DNA of 63,825 bases, counting the filler, from Choristocarpus tenellus KU-1152 (Eukaryota; Protista; Phaeophyceae), in assembly GCA_964200185.2 (NCBI GenBank). It is 8 parts of 8 records of this genome, joined end to end, with 100 filler letters (N's around TTAATTAATTAA, not from the genome) between each part and the next. Parts side by side here need not be neighbours in the genome. Positions count along the whole stretch, not along the records: positions 20,325 to 30,958 come from CAXNAD020002813.1; positions 31,059 to 41,499 come from CAXNAD020002928.1; 6 more parts are not named here. The stretch is one strand, 5' to 3'. Made by a program: the position numbers and the translations under genes. Of this stretch, positions 26,701 to 40,497 are shown in pieces. Below the pieces are notes generated by a model, which saw only the letters and a program-made list of their open reading frames with translations, had not been told where the DNA came from and did no database searches. Position 1 is the first letter of the stretch; the number at the start of each line of letters is the position of its first letter.

Positions 26701-28615
26701 TCAATGATGCTGAATACAGCATGCACAATGAGGAATGGAGTCTATAACCTAGCCTGTCATTTGCCATTCACCACTTTGCTAATTCCCTGTCAAGATTACT
26801 GGCCCGTAATGTCTGGAGTTGAGCTGTGAGTTTCAAGAGTAACCTTTGTAAGCACCACTCCCTCCACAATTTTTCCGCCACCCTGGCACTCATGAGCCCC
26901 CCCCACCCCACTCATCTGTTTCCTGTCCTACTGCCGTGGTCCCCTGATCCTTGTAGGTACGACACAAGAGTGAGGATGAACTGCTGGAAAGACCCAGCAA
27001 TAAGGAGAGGGTCTTGGAACAGAATCATGCAAAGGTAAACATTGTACCTAAGTGGATGTGAGTGGTGTTGAATGTGAAGATAACGTGAAGATAACGCTGT
27101 TATGACGGGGGTAACCATTTGTCAAGATAACGCTGTGGAGCTATCTGCCCGGGTGGAACTGTGGTATCTTCATACCTGATAAAATCAGAGGTTAAGGGAT
27201 CAAGTCCCAGACGGTCCACTTCCTCACTCACTATGGCGGGAGGAGAAGTACGGGATTTGAAAGATTTGAAAGGAAGGGAGGATCTTTATGTCTGGGGGGG
27301 GTACAGGTTAGATAGGAAGCATGAAGATTGAGATGACTGCTTGGAGAGAGCATGTGATTAGTGGGGTTACGACCCACTAATTTTGTGGGGTGGGTTCCCA
27401 ACCTCTGAATTTGTCAGATATTTAGATACTGCTGTTCCGATGAGGCAGGTAGTCGTGTGAATATCTCAATAGTAGTACTTGACAGGTGATAAGGCACATG
27501 ATTCCGAAATTCTATTTTTTTTCTGGGGTGATGTCATGATGTACCTCCCTCCCTAATCTTTCAGTTACAATGCCAGCTTTTTTTTCAACATGTGCCACAA
27601 ACAGTCAAAGATGAAAACACATTTTTTACTGCCCCTGGTTAATGAACTCTACCCAAAAGTTGCCCTACTTGGTTATTTGACCCCACTATCCTAAAGTGAT
27701 CTAACAGAATTTGTGTGAAGGTGATTTCAAGAGTTTGATTCTTCCAGGACTGTGTCTTCTCAAGTAGAGGCCCTTCAGATTACCATAGAGGGTTTGTTTG
27801 TTTCCCACCATACCAGGAGATAATTAATACATGCATCCCTCAAAAAGTGAAGGAGGGAGTTGATACACAACACCTTTGACCTTTTGGAACTTTTTTGCTT
27901 AGGGCAGGCAAGAGGCGTTATTGTATGATACTCAACTTCTCTTCTGTGATGTGGGAGGTTTATTTTTCACATTTGTTTTACATCAGATTTTGGTCATGGT
28001 TCTGGTGCTTTTTTTCACTTGTGTCAGAAAAAAGACACGGAGTGGTGAGTAAGATGCAGCTGTGTGCCAGTGAGAGACATGTGCTGTTGCGTTCAGTATG
28101 TTGACTTTGCTCTAACCGTAACCCTATCACATCAAATCTTCTCAATCAAGGATGAAACCAAGTTTCTAAGTTCTATCTATAATATAAGTAGGAGTACTCT
28201 TTTTAACAAAAAAATAAGCACAGATTTTTGTGATCACTCAGATACCAAAATAGAATAGTAGTGGGACCAACTTTCTGGGGTAGTCAGGAGTGTCGAAATG
28301 AAAAGAATCACCCAAATCTCACTAATGTCCTGTTGAGATCCCACCATGATGCATGGCCACCCAAGTCACATGATGAAGTGGTGATCATTAAAGAAAACAA
28401 GATACTGAGTAGAGCATCACAGGAAGACCCCCAGTTTGTGATGCTGTTGCCTTGTGTGTTGCCTTGTGTTGCCACAGCGAGAAGCACAAAAAAAGACCCA
28501 CAGTGAGAAGGTGCTCAAGGACAAGCTGGACCTTGAGAGGGACAAGATGAAGAAGGACATGGCCAAGAATGCAAGAAAGACACAGAAAGGAGAGCGCCGA
28601 TCAGGCCGTGGATGA
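23708..28615 (+). CDS. CCDC43: Coiled-coil domain-containing protein 43-like, complete, 6 exons
   Basis: Exons 23708-23773, 24022-24123, 24453-24572, 25879-26073, 26957-27034 and 28478-28615, all phase 0 GT-AG: MGEDGFEGWLAEKLDALSLDSEVFVDYVSGIL...EEEKRARELILSQYGYDSD...KDKLDLERDKMKK...KTQKGERRSGRG*. Matches CCDC43 N-terminal (F..WL...L.AL), A/SQY and C-terminal TQ.GER motifs. Confidence 0.87.
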
Positions 28616-28929
28616 AAGATTTGGGGTTTGATTTCGTTGGTTTTGAGAGTTGAGCTTGGAAGCTAGGTCCACCTGTTATCTTCATCTTCAATACAATTGA
28701 TTGCTGGGGTGGAAAAATGTAGTTCTGTAGGTTTCTTGCTCTTTGTGTCACATACCACCTTCAAGGTAGTGTAAGATGCAAGGTAATTTATAGTGTTGAA
28801 TTCTTGACAACAAGGCACCCAGCTTGTCCCTCAGACTATTTATTGTGCTCTAGTTGCATCTCTCAATGGAATTGTTTATCCAAACATAGAACCACCTCTT
28901 CTTTGTTTCCTTCCAAGCTTATTCTCTGA

Positions 28930-28957
28930 TGCTGCTGCTGCTGCTGCTGCTGCTGCT
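28930..28957 (+). repeat. (GCT)n microsatellite
   Basis: About nine GCT units downstream of CCDC43. Confidence 0.9.
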
Positions 28958-30339
28958 ATTTTTGGCCGAGACTCGTATTGGAGCCATGGGCCCAGGGTTG
29001 AATTATTGATCCGCAGGTAGATAGATACGCCACAGCTCTTGTGCTTTGACACAACAGTCAGTTTGGTCCTGGATAAAGCGACTCCTTAGCTGCACAAATC
29101 CTCCTTTTAAGTCTCCAGCCGACCCCCTCCCACAGGTGCAGCAAGGGGGGGCACCCGATTGTTTTATCTACTCAGCGCAATAACCACCATGTCACTCTGT
29201 CAAGACATGTTGCAAGGTCAACTTCCTGGTAGACCTTTGCGAGGTACTTGATTTGCACAAAATGTTTTGATGGCTCAATTTCTATCTTTTCTGAGTGTGG
29301 ATTCTTGTCCATAGTCCTTCACTCTCCAAGTTGGTGTATGAAACCATGCCTCGTAAGGTTTTAAGTTTTTCCAACTGTTTGAAGTGCAGAAATTATTGTG
29401 GATATATTGAAAATGCTAACGAAGCAACTGTTGTTGTTGTGATCGGCAGGCACAGGCATGTAGAGGACGCACAATCCTTCATTATATAGGTACCTGTGTT
29501 CTGTCTTCCTGTGCATATATGTACGTACTGTAGAGATGGAAGAGTAGCAGATTGTGACCCAAACCCAACATTGTTGGTGCCTAGTAAATACATGTATGTA
29601 CTGGCTGTAACTGTCTACCAAGTAATGCATCGATATTGGTATACATGATGAAGGCTTCGTTGTAAGCAACAGAGACTCTTTTATTGTGTTGTTGAGTTCT
29701 CTGCCTTGCATGTTTTATGTTATTTCTCCCCCCCCTCATCACATCTATTAATACACACCCAGGACAAGGTAATATTGCTTGCATGACACAAGATACAACT
29801 TGACTGTTTTCCTCTCCTACATGTGGTTGACCAAGCATTGAGCAAACCATCCCATATGTTGATATGAACAACGGTTGAATGTTACACAGAAGGTCAACTA
29901 AATGTGTTTGAGCGTTTGCTGGACAAGAATGTTATGAAGCAAATGGCACCAAGGATTACCCTATGACAACAGACATTGTCTCAATAGAGCAGATCAGCTC
30001 AGGTACTGAATAGAGCAACTGTAGCCCCAGAATAGATAACACAGAACGAAATCAGCTCATAATCAAAATATGATTTCCACGTTATGGGTCAAGAAATAGT
30101 CGGACCTATTATTATGGGGTACTGTTGACAACAGTTGTGGGCTACATCTTGGAAAAAGTCACGGAGTCCGCATCAAATAATACAACACAATACATGAACT
30201 GTGGATCCTTCATATGAAAATACAACGATACAGAAAGATGAGTTGAACTCTAGCCCACACTGCCTAACCCTAACCCAAACAAAACCCAAACAAGCTAGCT
30301 TCCAATCCCAAAACTCTGAAGAACTTGTTTGTTACAGTA

Positions 30340-30850
30340 CACACCGCTGAGCAATCTTCGATTCGACACGAAGGTTATTCAGTCCAGGATGGAGTCGGGC
30401 CCTACTGTCGGCGCGGTGAGAGAAGAGTCCACACTTTTCAGGTGAAAAGAAACCGCACAGACAACCGTACTTCACCTTGTGATAATGTGATGTGATACGT
30501 TCACGATACGACAAGACCAGTACTACAATTGAAATAGTAAGAGAATCATACTTCACATTGTGACGAGGTGGTGTGATACGTTCATGATACGGGAAGAGTG
30601 ATTTGTTGTTTGTTCCACCCTGCCCCGACGTGATCAAAGAAGAGGGCTTCCTCCAAGTCGAAACTGTTTTGGGCGGATCACGCCGCTAAACAGTGCTTTT
30701 CGATTCGACACAAGAAAACGGTTCTCAGTCTAGGTCCTCAGTCTAGGTCCTGAGCCCAGGATGGAGTCGCGCCGTACTCCTGGAGAGGTGAGAGAAAGAG
30801 TCCGTCCCTCTGAGGTGACAAGATATCCCAAACACAAACACGCACTTCGG
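30340..30850 (+). repeat. Nested direct repeats (A-B-B'-A')
   Basis: A: TTCGATTCGACAC...CCAGGATGGAGTCG...GGTGAGAGAA at ~30340-30470 and ~30680-30850. B: TACTTCAC.TTGTGA...TGTGATACGTTCA.GATACG at 30468-30517 and 30549-30598. Confidence 0.75.
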
Positions 30851-30958
30851 TTAGATCCAAGGGAACAAGGAGGTCTGATGCAGATATACGGAGTAGGGGT
30901 GGACGAGTAGAGGTAGGCTGGAAAATCGATGCGCCTGTTGATGCCCGAACCTTTCTCC

Positions 30959-31058
30959 NNNNNNNNNNNNNNNNNNNNNNNNNNNNNNNNNNNNNNNNNN
31001 NNTTAATTAATTAANNNNNNNNNNNNNNNNNNNNNNNNNNNNNNNNNNNNNNNNNNNN
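30959..31058. other. Artificial contig spacer
   Basis: N44-TTAATTAATTAA-N44. Confidence 0.97.
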
Positions 31059-32779
31059 GAGGTGGCGGAGGGGGGGGGGGTGTTGGAGGGGGGCGGCGCT
31101 TGGTATCTTTTGGGGGGGGGGGGGGGGGAGGGCAAGCAACTACTATTCTATTTTGAAGTGCCCACAAGAATGTAAAATATGGATGCTGATCCTCCCGGTC
31201 TTGCTGCTGCCTCATTGAAGGTGTACCCTAAACAGCCCCAAAAAGGATTTGAAGGTGGAAACAGGAACGAGGGATGCTGGAGAGGTTACTAGAGAAGAGG
31301 ATCAGCGAATTATTTTCCCCTCTTTCCTCCACCGCGTATAGTCAGTCCTCTCCATCCAGGACTGGGTGTAAGGGATCGCCGAACTTCCCATTTGACAAGG
31401 GCATTTAGGGTGGGGTGGTCATTAATAGTAGTTGGTTATTTTGGTGTTTCCCATGTGGTTACGTTGGCTGCCTCCCAAGTGGACTGGTGGATGCCCCCCA
31501 GGGAAAAAATAGGGTGTATGTGTGGAGAGGAGTAGATGAGTTGGTATGGAAGGGAAGAGTTAGTTATGCTTTAGGTGTAGTGTCTGGTTTCAATTGTAGA
31601 GGAAGGTCTACAGTCAAGATAGTGTATGCTCCATCAGCATACCCCATCCGCCATGGTACTTGACTATTTTGTTGTTGCTCAGTATATCTAGCATTAGGGT
31701 AGGGTGTAGAATACTGCTTTGTAGTGTTATAGTCCACTTTTGGTGTGTGTCCCATGTTTTTTGTGGAGTTCGCTTAGTGTCAGATGGTGAGTGAAGGGAT
31801 TAGCTGCCAACCTGAGGGAAAAAATTAGGGGATAGCTTGCATGTGGTGGATGGGATTTGTTTAGCAGTCAGGGAATGTTTCGTCCCTGCTTCTCGATACT
31901 CATATGCATGGAAATGTGTACGATATGCTTTATGGTGTTTTGACTCCAACTCTCTTTGATAACTGGTGATGGAACTTTGTGCCTTCATGACATCGCTTGT
32001 GTTAACCGTCACGTTTTTGAGGATTTTTGTGTTTTTTTTGTGTGTGCATTTTCCTTTTTATTTCAGAAAGAGAAGGATGTACAGCAGGCAGTTTATATGT
32101 TGATAGTAGCATACATGGCTGGCTCTTGTTGAGCACCAAAGTATATGGGTGGTTCCTACAAGTAGGTGTGGAGGAAGGGTGCATCTGTGCAAGCCTTCAA
32201 TACAATATTACAGAGGTAGATAATAGATTAGTACGAATCTTTTTTTCTGAGTCAAACAGTATGTACGTTTGAGATGCTTACGGGCTCATAAAGCTGAGGA
32301 TATGATTATCCTTGTTCATATTGACCATGTTGTTTGGAAGTAGCGCGCGCGCACAAACACGCGCGCGCATACATACATACATACATACATACGTAAGTAG
32401 TAGATAACAAGAGCATGGTCGGTGACATCTAACTTTGGGAGGAGACTTAATTCTTCCTTCTGAGGATGTGTAACCACAACCAACAAACCCTTGTTCTATT
32501 GATAGTTTAAGTATATATGTATGAATATATTTTAAAGTATGGAGTATGTGGTAAAAGAGTCCTCCTATCTTGGGGGTATACTTAGGTCCTCTTAACGGTT
32601 TAGGGAGGATTTTAAAATATTTTTTTCGAACACCCAATTTCCCATGAAATACAGCTATCAACCCTTCGAAGGGTATGGTTGTTGAACAGGCAGCGAACAT
32701 TTATTGACATGAGCGTGGAGTTAGAAGCACATGTACCAGAACCTAGTTATAAGGGCCCAAATACTGGAGCGTTACAACA

Positions 32780-35700
32780 CAAGGTTTGATTGACTCAGGA
32801 AGCCTTAGCTGGCTTCCGTCATGGTAAGGGGACCTCATCAATGAAAGTTCCCCTTTCCCTCTGGTCTCTCATCTCCACCTCCATTGCCTCCTTCCACTTG
32901 TCAGCGTCTGGTCCAGGAAGTGCCTCTCTCATTGCAGAAGGTTGTTACAAATCAGTTGGCATCTCTCCTGTCAGAACCGTAAGCCAAAAGGCATCATCAG
33001 CATAATGAAGAAAGTTGCTGAACAAGCTGACATTGGAGGCTCCCCTTCACCTCTAAATTGATAGGTTGAACAACTTCATCCGTTGACATTGTTGAAGTTT
33101 GACAGATCTGTGTCTTCCACCATGAGGAGGAGACTGCTTTACACTTCCCGGTGCTGGTGGTGGTGTCGTCTTTGTGTCAGGGTTTGCCTCACAAGCACCC
33201 TCCTTGTCTTCATCATCACTCTCCAACAAAGTTTTGGTTTCCTTTTCTGGTTAAAAAGTCACGTCCACCAATGTCACCAGTTCACACTCCTGGGGAAGCC
33301 AAGTATATCAACAGAGTGATGTGCCTTCATGGCCCACCAATAGGCCCCACTTAGCGAAAGGATGGAACTGTGAAGCCACTCCCCTATAATGCTTCGCCTG
33401 GTGAACAAGACATTTACTCCCCGTGATTCAAGTCTGTCATAATTTCCCAATCTCTTGTGTGGAGTTTCTCTCATAGTACTAATGGGTCGTACCTCCTAAC
33501 TTGAAAGCAAGATGAGCCAGTGCATCGAACTCGAACTCTTTGCCGGGTCCTGCTTAGTTATCTTACTCCTCAATCCTTACTTCAAGTACATAAATGTATT
33601 AATGCTTCTCTCAGTGTTTCCAGCTCTTTATGGTGAATGTGGAGGCGATTTCTTATCGACCAGCAGCCGTTGAAATCTGGTTGATAGCCCTAGTTCAACA
33701 GTACCATCCCCAATGGTGTACTTCATAGCAACTCCCTCTCTGGTCATGTTGTCAATATAAAATGCAGGAGTAGCGTCCTCTGCTGCATCTCCACTTTTGA
33801 GCCCTGCAACCCTTTAATCTTTGTTGGTCTTTCAATGAAGAGTTGGAAATATATTGTTCCGTTTCACATCTGGGTTAAAAAGCTCGCCCAGGTCCTGATG
33901 TGTGACGTCACAAATCACCTTTTGATTGCGACCTCCCCTGCCATAGGTCTATGCCTCAGACTTGCACCCCTTCCGAGTAGAACAAAGCATCCCTGAAGCT
34001 GCAGTAACATCCCATACTTGAAGGAGACTACATTTTTCCAGATTCCAGATACACGATGGGAGTCAATAAAACTTCTGACATCAACGTGGATTAGATCGTC
34101 CGCCTCAGCATTTTTGACTAATCAAACGGACTATGAAGGGAGGTGTCTAACCCTAACCTTAACCCTTACCGTGGAAATGGCCTCCATCCGATTCATCAAA
34201 AAAGCTGCAGAGAACGATATAGAAAATAAGAAATATAGTCCCATATTGTCGCTGATACATCTCCAAATGTCCCACTGCATCATAATACAATGTCTATAGT
34301 AGTAGATCCACTCCGACTTCATTCTTTTATCCAGATTCCGAGGCTTGATTGCAGTATAAGGGTTGAGACTGTCAAGAATGCTTTACCAGTTGTTTAGTCT
34401 CAACTCCTGGCTCTTGTCCATATGTATAGCGAATGTCTTGGTACGCTGTTGTTACCCTTGAACTAGGGCACGTATACTATGGAAATGCCCTTCTTCACTC
34501 AATTTATCTTTGGACCATTCTTCGAAATGTGTAAAACAAGATCCTCGCACCCAAGTCGAAGAATTTTCCGTCATCGTATACTAATTGTAGTCCTCCTATG
34601 ATCAGGAGACGACAAGGCAACTCCAGTGCCCATCGCACATCCTCAATAACTACTTAAGTAAGCCCCTCACCTGCTCCTCCAGCCATCAGTAGCATATCAT
34701 TATCCCCTTTTGAGTGAAAGTGTCTTAGAGGGTACGAGTTTTGCCCTGTTTGTCCATTTGGGGCTTGGCTTCCCATGGGTTCTTTTATGACATTTTCCTA
34801 CTCCAAAATGTTTCGGAGTAGGTAAAGTGTGTATGTTATGAAAAGGTGTGTCCGGAACATGGATACTGACACTTTCTAATAAACACGATAGCCAAAATTA
34901 CATTAAAATCGCAAAATTGGATTTCGATCTCCAAACGGACCCGGCTCCACCCTCTAGGATACTTTGACTCTTTTGCCTTTGCCTGAAGCTTGCCCTTACT
35001 TCCTTACTTCCAAAAGAACCAGTACGGTTGACCGACTTGGTGGGCATAAGAACTTCAAGATGTGGTATTACTAATAGGTGCACGCTTGCTCCAGAATCGC
35101 AGAAAATGGCAACCCTGTTGACTATTTTTGTTGGGATAAGGAAGGTGATAGTCACCTGAAACATGTCGACATCTTCTTTCTCAGGCCGTAACATTCATGG
35201 TTAGGGAGGCCTTGTATCCTCCCTTCTGTTTCTTGTTCGATTATGGCGCCTCCTCCGTCCTTGAGTCGATACTTTTGGCACAGGCGGAAAGTTATGCACA
35301 GACGTAATTCCATTCTGTCGTTTTGGCAGGGGTTAACCCTACGAAAAAATATAAATACCTGTGGAAAACCGGTCTGTCTGTTGTCATACCAGTTGTTGCG
35401 GTACTATCTTCCCACCCACAAAGGTTCTTCTGGGGACTTCGGTTCAACTGTGTAGGATCTTCAGAAGGACAGGTTTCCATGACAACCCCCACGTCTTTCA
35501 TGAGTAAGTTTTCCGCAGCCAGATCTCCTATCGCTGAGGGGTCCCTTTTTGGGACCCCATTTCGAATTATTATCCTCCCCACTCTTGACCTTCTTGTCCT
35601 CGATTCCAACCTTAAACTTGTCCTATCGGTTATGGTTTGTCTTGGTTTGTCTGGTTCGTGTTGCAGTAGTGATTCTCTTCGCCACGCTTGTCTGGACTGA
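32780..35700 (-). mobile_element. Degenerate Ty1/Copia LTR retrotransposon (protease to start of RT), interrupted by a MITE
   Basis: Protease motif AIFCDSGASVHL (~35110). Pre-RT motif DDAFWL...QPSAMREALPGPDADKWKEAMEVEM...GTF (~33000-32840), homologous to the copy at 45410-45575. Many stops and frameshifts; outer limits approximate. Confidence 0.75.
34712..34970 (+). mobile_element. MITE family A copy nested in Copia relic
   Basis: GAGTGAAAGTGTCTTAGAGGGTA...CCCTCTAGGATACTTTGACTC; TSD TTTT. Confidence 0.92.
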
Positions 35701-38487
35701 ACCACGCCGCCCCAGAATCACACAATTCACATCCTCTGCAGTATGAATTACATTTTATCCGCCTATGGTTTCACTGTAAACAGTTAGACCATTGATATTC
35801 TTCAATCCATTTCCCAAACCTAGTCCTTTCACCACTTCCCGTAATGTTCTAATATCTTGATCCGTGGAGTACCGTAGGTCCTGTTTCCCGTTTTAGATCA
35901 GTTGAGAGATAAGCTGAAGCCCCCATAACTCATCAAGAGCTACGTAATCCAGATCGGACTGAGTGGTGTGCTGTGCGAAAACGTGAGGCAGAGGGTCCTG
36001 AACCCCCAATAAATGTTCAGCTTTAGTGAACCTTGAGGTTTGTGTTGTTGTCCATTGTAAATGTCCTCCGCATGATGCGATCCTTCTTCGTTATCCTTTC
36101 CCAATAATAACCGTGTAACCTTTATGTACTTAAGAGTATCTCACTTCTTCAAACATTATACTGTTACAATTCCTATGATGATTATTTCTACCATCACTAT
36201 GTCTACTACTACTGTACTAGGTACTTACACTTTGTCATTCATATAGTACTGTACATAGATTCTATCTTATGCCCTCCTAACTCCTACACCAACTTGCACA
36301 AATCCAAGGATTGACCAAAGTAAATCAGAGTTACCCAGCTTTTGACAGTTTTGCATTTTGAGCCAGTTTTTCAATATTTTGCAATTCATTCGTGTTTCTG
36401 TAGATGAGCTAAGTTTGACTTGAGAGGGTTTCTTTGTCTATAGTTTGAAATATTTCGACCTAATCCGGAAAATATCCTACGCACATTTATATAAAAAGTC
36501 GAATTTTTCTCATATTTCCCGAGATTGCTGGGTACCTCTCGCTTGCTTTGCCTCACTTGCGTTGTGTACATGCGTGCATTGTGCGCCTCTGATACTATTT
36601 TGAAGTACGATGAGGTGAAAAGTTGCCATTTTTATTGTGTGCTGTGTGTGCTCCACCCAGCATCTCCGACCTGTTACTAATTTCAAAGCCCTACACCCAG
36701 GGTTTTGCGACAAGAAAATCTCAGGTAGTTATGATAGTACTTGGAATTCGTACACAACTTGCTGGGAATATGGGATCCTGGATTACTTCTGGCTCGTATA
36801 TTTCCATGAACTATGGGAGAGGAGAGAAGGAGTGTGTGCGTGGTTGCGCCCTCAGATGTTTGAATATAATTTGGAATAAATTATGCATAGTGTGCACATG
36901 CTTACTACATGCAACCCCCCCCCCCTGCCAAAATATTATCTATAATAGTAAGAATGAATGGTGACTGCTTGAAGTAGCATTTTGAGCACACTGTCTGAAG
37001 CTTCAAAATGTGTCAATCTTTTACATAATGTGCTGAGGGATCTGTACTACTACTATCCTCTTATCTAAGAGAGGAGGGGTGGCGTGGAGTATTTGGGACT
37101 CCTGCGACTTCAGTGTCTGATACATTACATAGTAGCCTTTGAGCACGCTTAAGGGGCAATTTCGTAGTTATTATGTGGACCGAGCGTTTGTTTTCTCTTC
37201 TACGGCCGCACATATCTAGCTTACTAATGGGAGGGTAGACGAATCTCAGGCATGGAAGGGAATGGTATGTCAGTCAGAAGGTACAATAACCCAAAATAAT
37301 GACCAACATGGACAAAGAGACTCCCCCCGCCTCCAAGATATAGGATGATCAATCTCCAAGGAAGTTGTGCAGGATATCAGACGTACATACGTAATATTGT
37401 TTCTCTCGTTTTATTTTGGGTTGATTTTTCTAAATATCTTCCTGCTCCATCGTGTACCCTCCACCCTTCATGTTGCATATATATATATATATGTGTGTGT
37501 GTGATCAGTGTATCCAACGCTTCTTATGAAATTTAAACAAAAAATGTTGCAGTATGTAGAAAAGCAATGCAAGTAGGAGGAAAGGGAAGGGGAAGAAAAA
37601 GAGAATATATATACAGAAGTTACGAAGGGTCAAGAGCAACAGAGAGAAAACCTTGATATTATAATGAACTGTTAAACTAAATAATAATGAGGCAAGCTCT
37701 GTTAGAGTAACACAAACCCAATACTTAGGACGTCAATTAGCAGCGCTGTCCAACATTGCCAGGTCTTATGAGAAAACATGGGACAAGGACAAAAAGATTC
37801 ACACAAGATACTTCGAAACACCTTCGCCTTTCCTTTGACACTGTCCAGAAACACTCCTACTCTTTTTGTCTACTTGGAGAGTACTTTGTAACAGGTCTTC
37901 ATCATGAAAGACATGTAAACCTCATTTTCATCGCTTTCTGGTCGTTTTTTAATTATCGAGACGAATACACCATGATTAGGAAGTAGGTTATTGTATCACC
38001 AAATCTAGAACCATAATCGAATATCGATTTTTTGTTCGATATCGCATTGTCACTCTTCCACACATACATGTATAATTGAGAGTGAGAAGGTTAATTAATG
38101 GTTTGTAGAAGACAACGTGAAACTGTCTGAACGACGCCCACAACAACACCCGAGCAAAAAAACGAAGCTAACCTCAGCCGGGCAGAGGGATATCTAATTA
38201 TTCGGATATCATGTCGTTCAACGAATTGATGCAGCAGGTAATTGCTGTATGGATATCCGATGACTTGCGAGGACACTCCAACTCGCACCCATCTTTCTTT
38301 CATTTATCATGTGACCACAATGACCAGGTCCTTCACTCCCACTGGAATTGACTTAATCCCTAAGGTGTCCACCCACACGAGCAACTAGTCTCAATCTGTA
38401 ACAATAACAATGCTATCTTCTGTGTCTGTGGGGAATACGGCACAGTGGATTGAAGAATCTTCACTGCTTTCAAGTACATGGTTGATA

Positions 38488-39770
38488 CAGGTTAAAATAT
38501 TACGAACGCGTCCCCATCGACGCGTGTCCCCATCTGTGCGTGATTTGACCTATAATAGCGTTCACGATGTTGTCCCAAGTAGGCGATCAAGATCCGGACT
38601 GAGACAGACGCGAAGCTGAGAGTGGACTTTGATGCTAGAGCCAAGTTTCAGCAAACGTCACTTTTTGCTACAGAGGAGGTGATTCCTCGATATTCCGACA
38701 TCCTCCAAAAATCTTCTTTGCAATGGGAGCAGTGCCATTGGAGTGCGGAAACTCTCACAATGTCGCTCTACCTAGCAGCAGATATTGATCTTGCCGGTTT
38801 GACACTTAGTCGCTGGCATCGCCAGTTGACCATTTCCTCCCACACTTCGAGCTTGTCGAGCTCCAAAAACTCGTATGTGACAATTGGGGCCTGCAACAGT
38901 CAGACAGTAGCGCAGAGACAAACAAAACCAAGAAGACATGATATATTGTGACACACTTTAGATGTCCCCCACTGCGCCTTCCTGTGATCACATTTTTCAA
39001 CAATTTTTTTTCTCTTACAGGTCCGACAAGGTCGGAAACTGCCTTTTGAGGGGCGCATTTCCGTCTCGGTGGAACTTAAGAATAAGGGCAACGAACAATT
39101 TCTAGCTGCTCAAGTGACAGAGGCCTGCCATACCTATGAACAGGTGGGTGTGGAGCCCTTGATTTGATGAGAACGAAAGTCTCGGTACCTCGGGGAACAA
39201 CCAGTCAACCCAGAAGTGATGGGTGTGGGAAGGTGTGCGTTCACATACAGAAACTCCCCTGGCAAATAGTCACATTGGAAAAGAGACCTAATCCCTCAAG
39301 GCAACATACAGCACTCCTAAGAGTATAATCTTAGATCGTCACAACCATGACTGAGAGGGGTTTTGTCCTCCTTCCAACTAGTAATCCCTCAACCCCTGAA
39401 TTACACCATAATTCATTATGGATGATAAGGTAATACAAATTCATGAGTAGATTTATGCAAGAATGTAAGGATGATCAAATCAGTCAAATTTTAAGCAGAG
39501 AACAATGCTGGCATGCCGGTCGAGCCCCCTCAACGGCCAAGCTTGTGGTTCTGAAGAGGAAATGGAATCTTGCCAATCCCCTTTCCCAACCCTGCTGTGA
39601 TATGTGTGGACATGGACCATGCAACCGTTTCTTTGTCAGGCCTTAGCTGTGCTCTGGTACATTGAAAACCGTGACCCCAACTGGAAAAATAGTGGCATCA
39701 AAGATGAAGACCTCGTCGAGGTTAACTACTCAGCAGAAGAGGGGAGCGAGCAGGAGAGATTGGAGGTCAG
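38488..39770 (+). mobile_element. Possible decayed CACTA/EnSpm transposase
   Basis: LKYYERVPIDACPHLCVI resembles the CACTA 'IDACPNDC' motif. Followed by LSLYLAADID-like, GP and LPIPFPNPAVICVDMDH (cf. LPY...D.MH) pieces in the expected order, with stops and frameshifts. Confidence 0.45.
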
Positions 39771-40497
39771 GTGAGGTGCCTGCCATGCACCGAGTCATGT
39801 GCCCCTTTCATTCCTCATGATATTCGGTACAAGAGCAACATTTATTGTGAGGGTAGTGCAGAGTGTGCAAGGCTTGATGCTCCATTAGGTTACAGATGTC
39901 GAAGGTGGGTTTGGAATCGGCATTGCTGGCAAGAAGGAGGAGAGGGCACGAATCATATAGTATATGCTTACGTTGTAGTGCTTGTATCATTTGTGTTTTT
40001 CTCAAATGTAGACATGTTAAGGTGGAGTGATAAATGGAAACCTTTATTTGTCGGGCGATTGTTAAAACAAAGTTATCAACCACAGTTTCATTCAGCAAAA
40101 CCTACCTGATCCCTCCTCTTATATGTAGTTTCTTCTTGGACCCTCCTTGCATTCCTCCGCCATTTCCTGTTGCGCCCTATAGCATGACTCTTTCTTTCAT
40201 GACCAGAGTCCACCATTCACACACGCAGGCCTGCACATACATCTATATGTGCAAGCATGAATGCATGCCAAAAAGGACCAAAAATAGATAAAGTATATTG
40301 TTTCGTCCTCTATCACCTCTCTCCTCCTAGTACACTTTGCAGTATGGAATATTTGAGAATGTATGTTTCACCTGTACAAAAGGCGTTGGGTACTTTAGAG
40401 ACTGTCATAGTGGCTCCTCAGATACTCGTGTGTGGAGGGGTCTCCAACACCTTGGAAAGTTTACCAATAAACACTGCACATTCAAACTACTTTTTCC

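Noticed and set aside
27135-27235. tRNA gene or tRNA-derived SINE
   Set aside because: Only a loose B-box-like GGATCAAGTCCC; no cloverleaf or second copy is visible.
31140-32700. Possible minus-strand exons
   Set aside because: No phase-consistent model or recognisable domain could be built.
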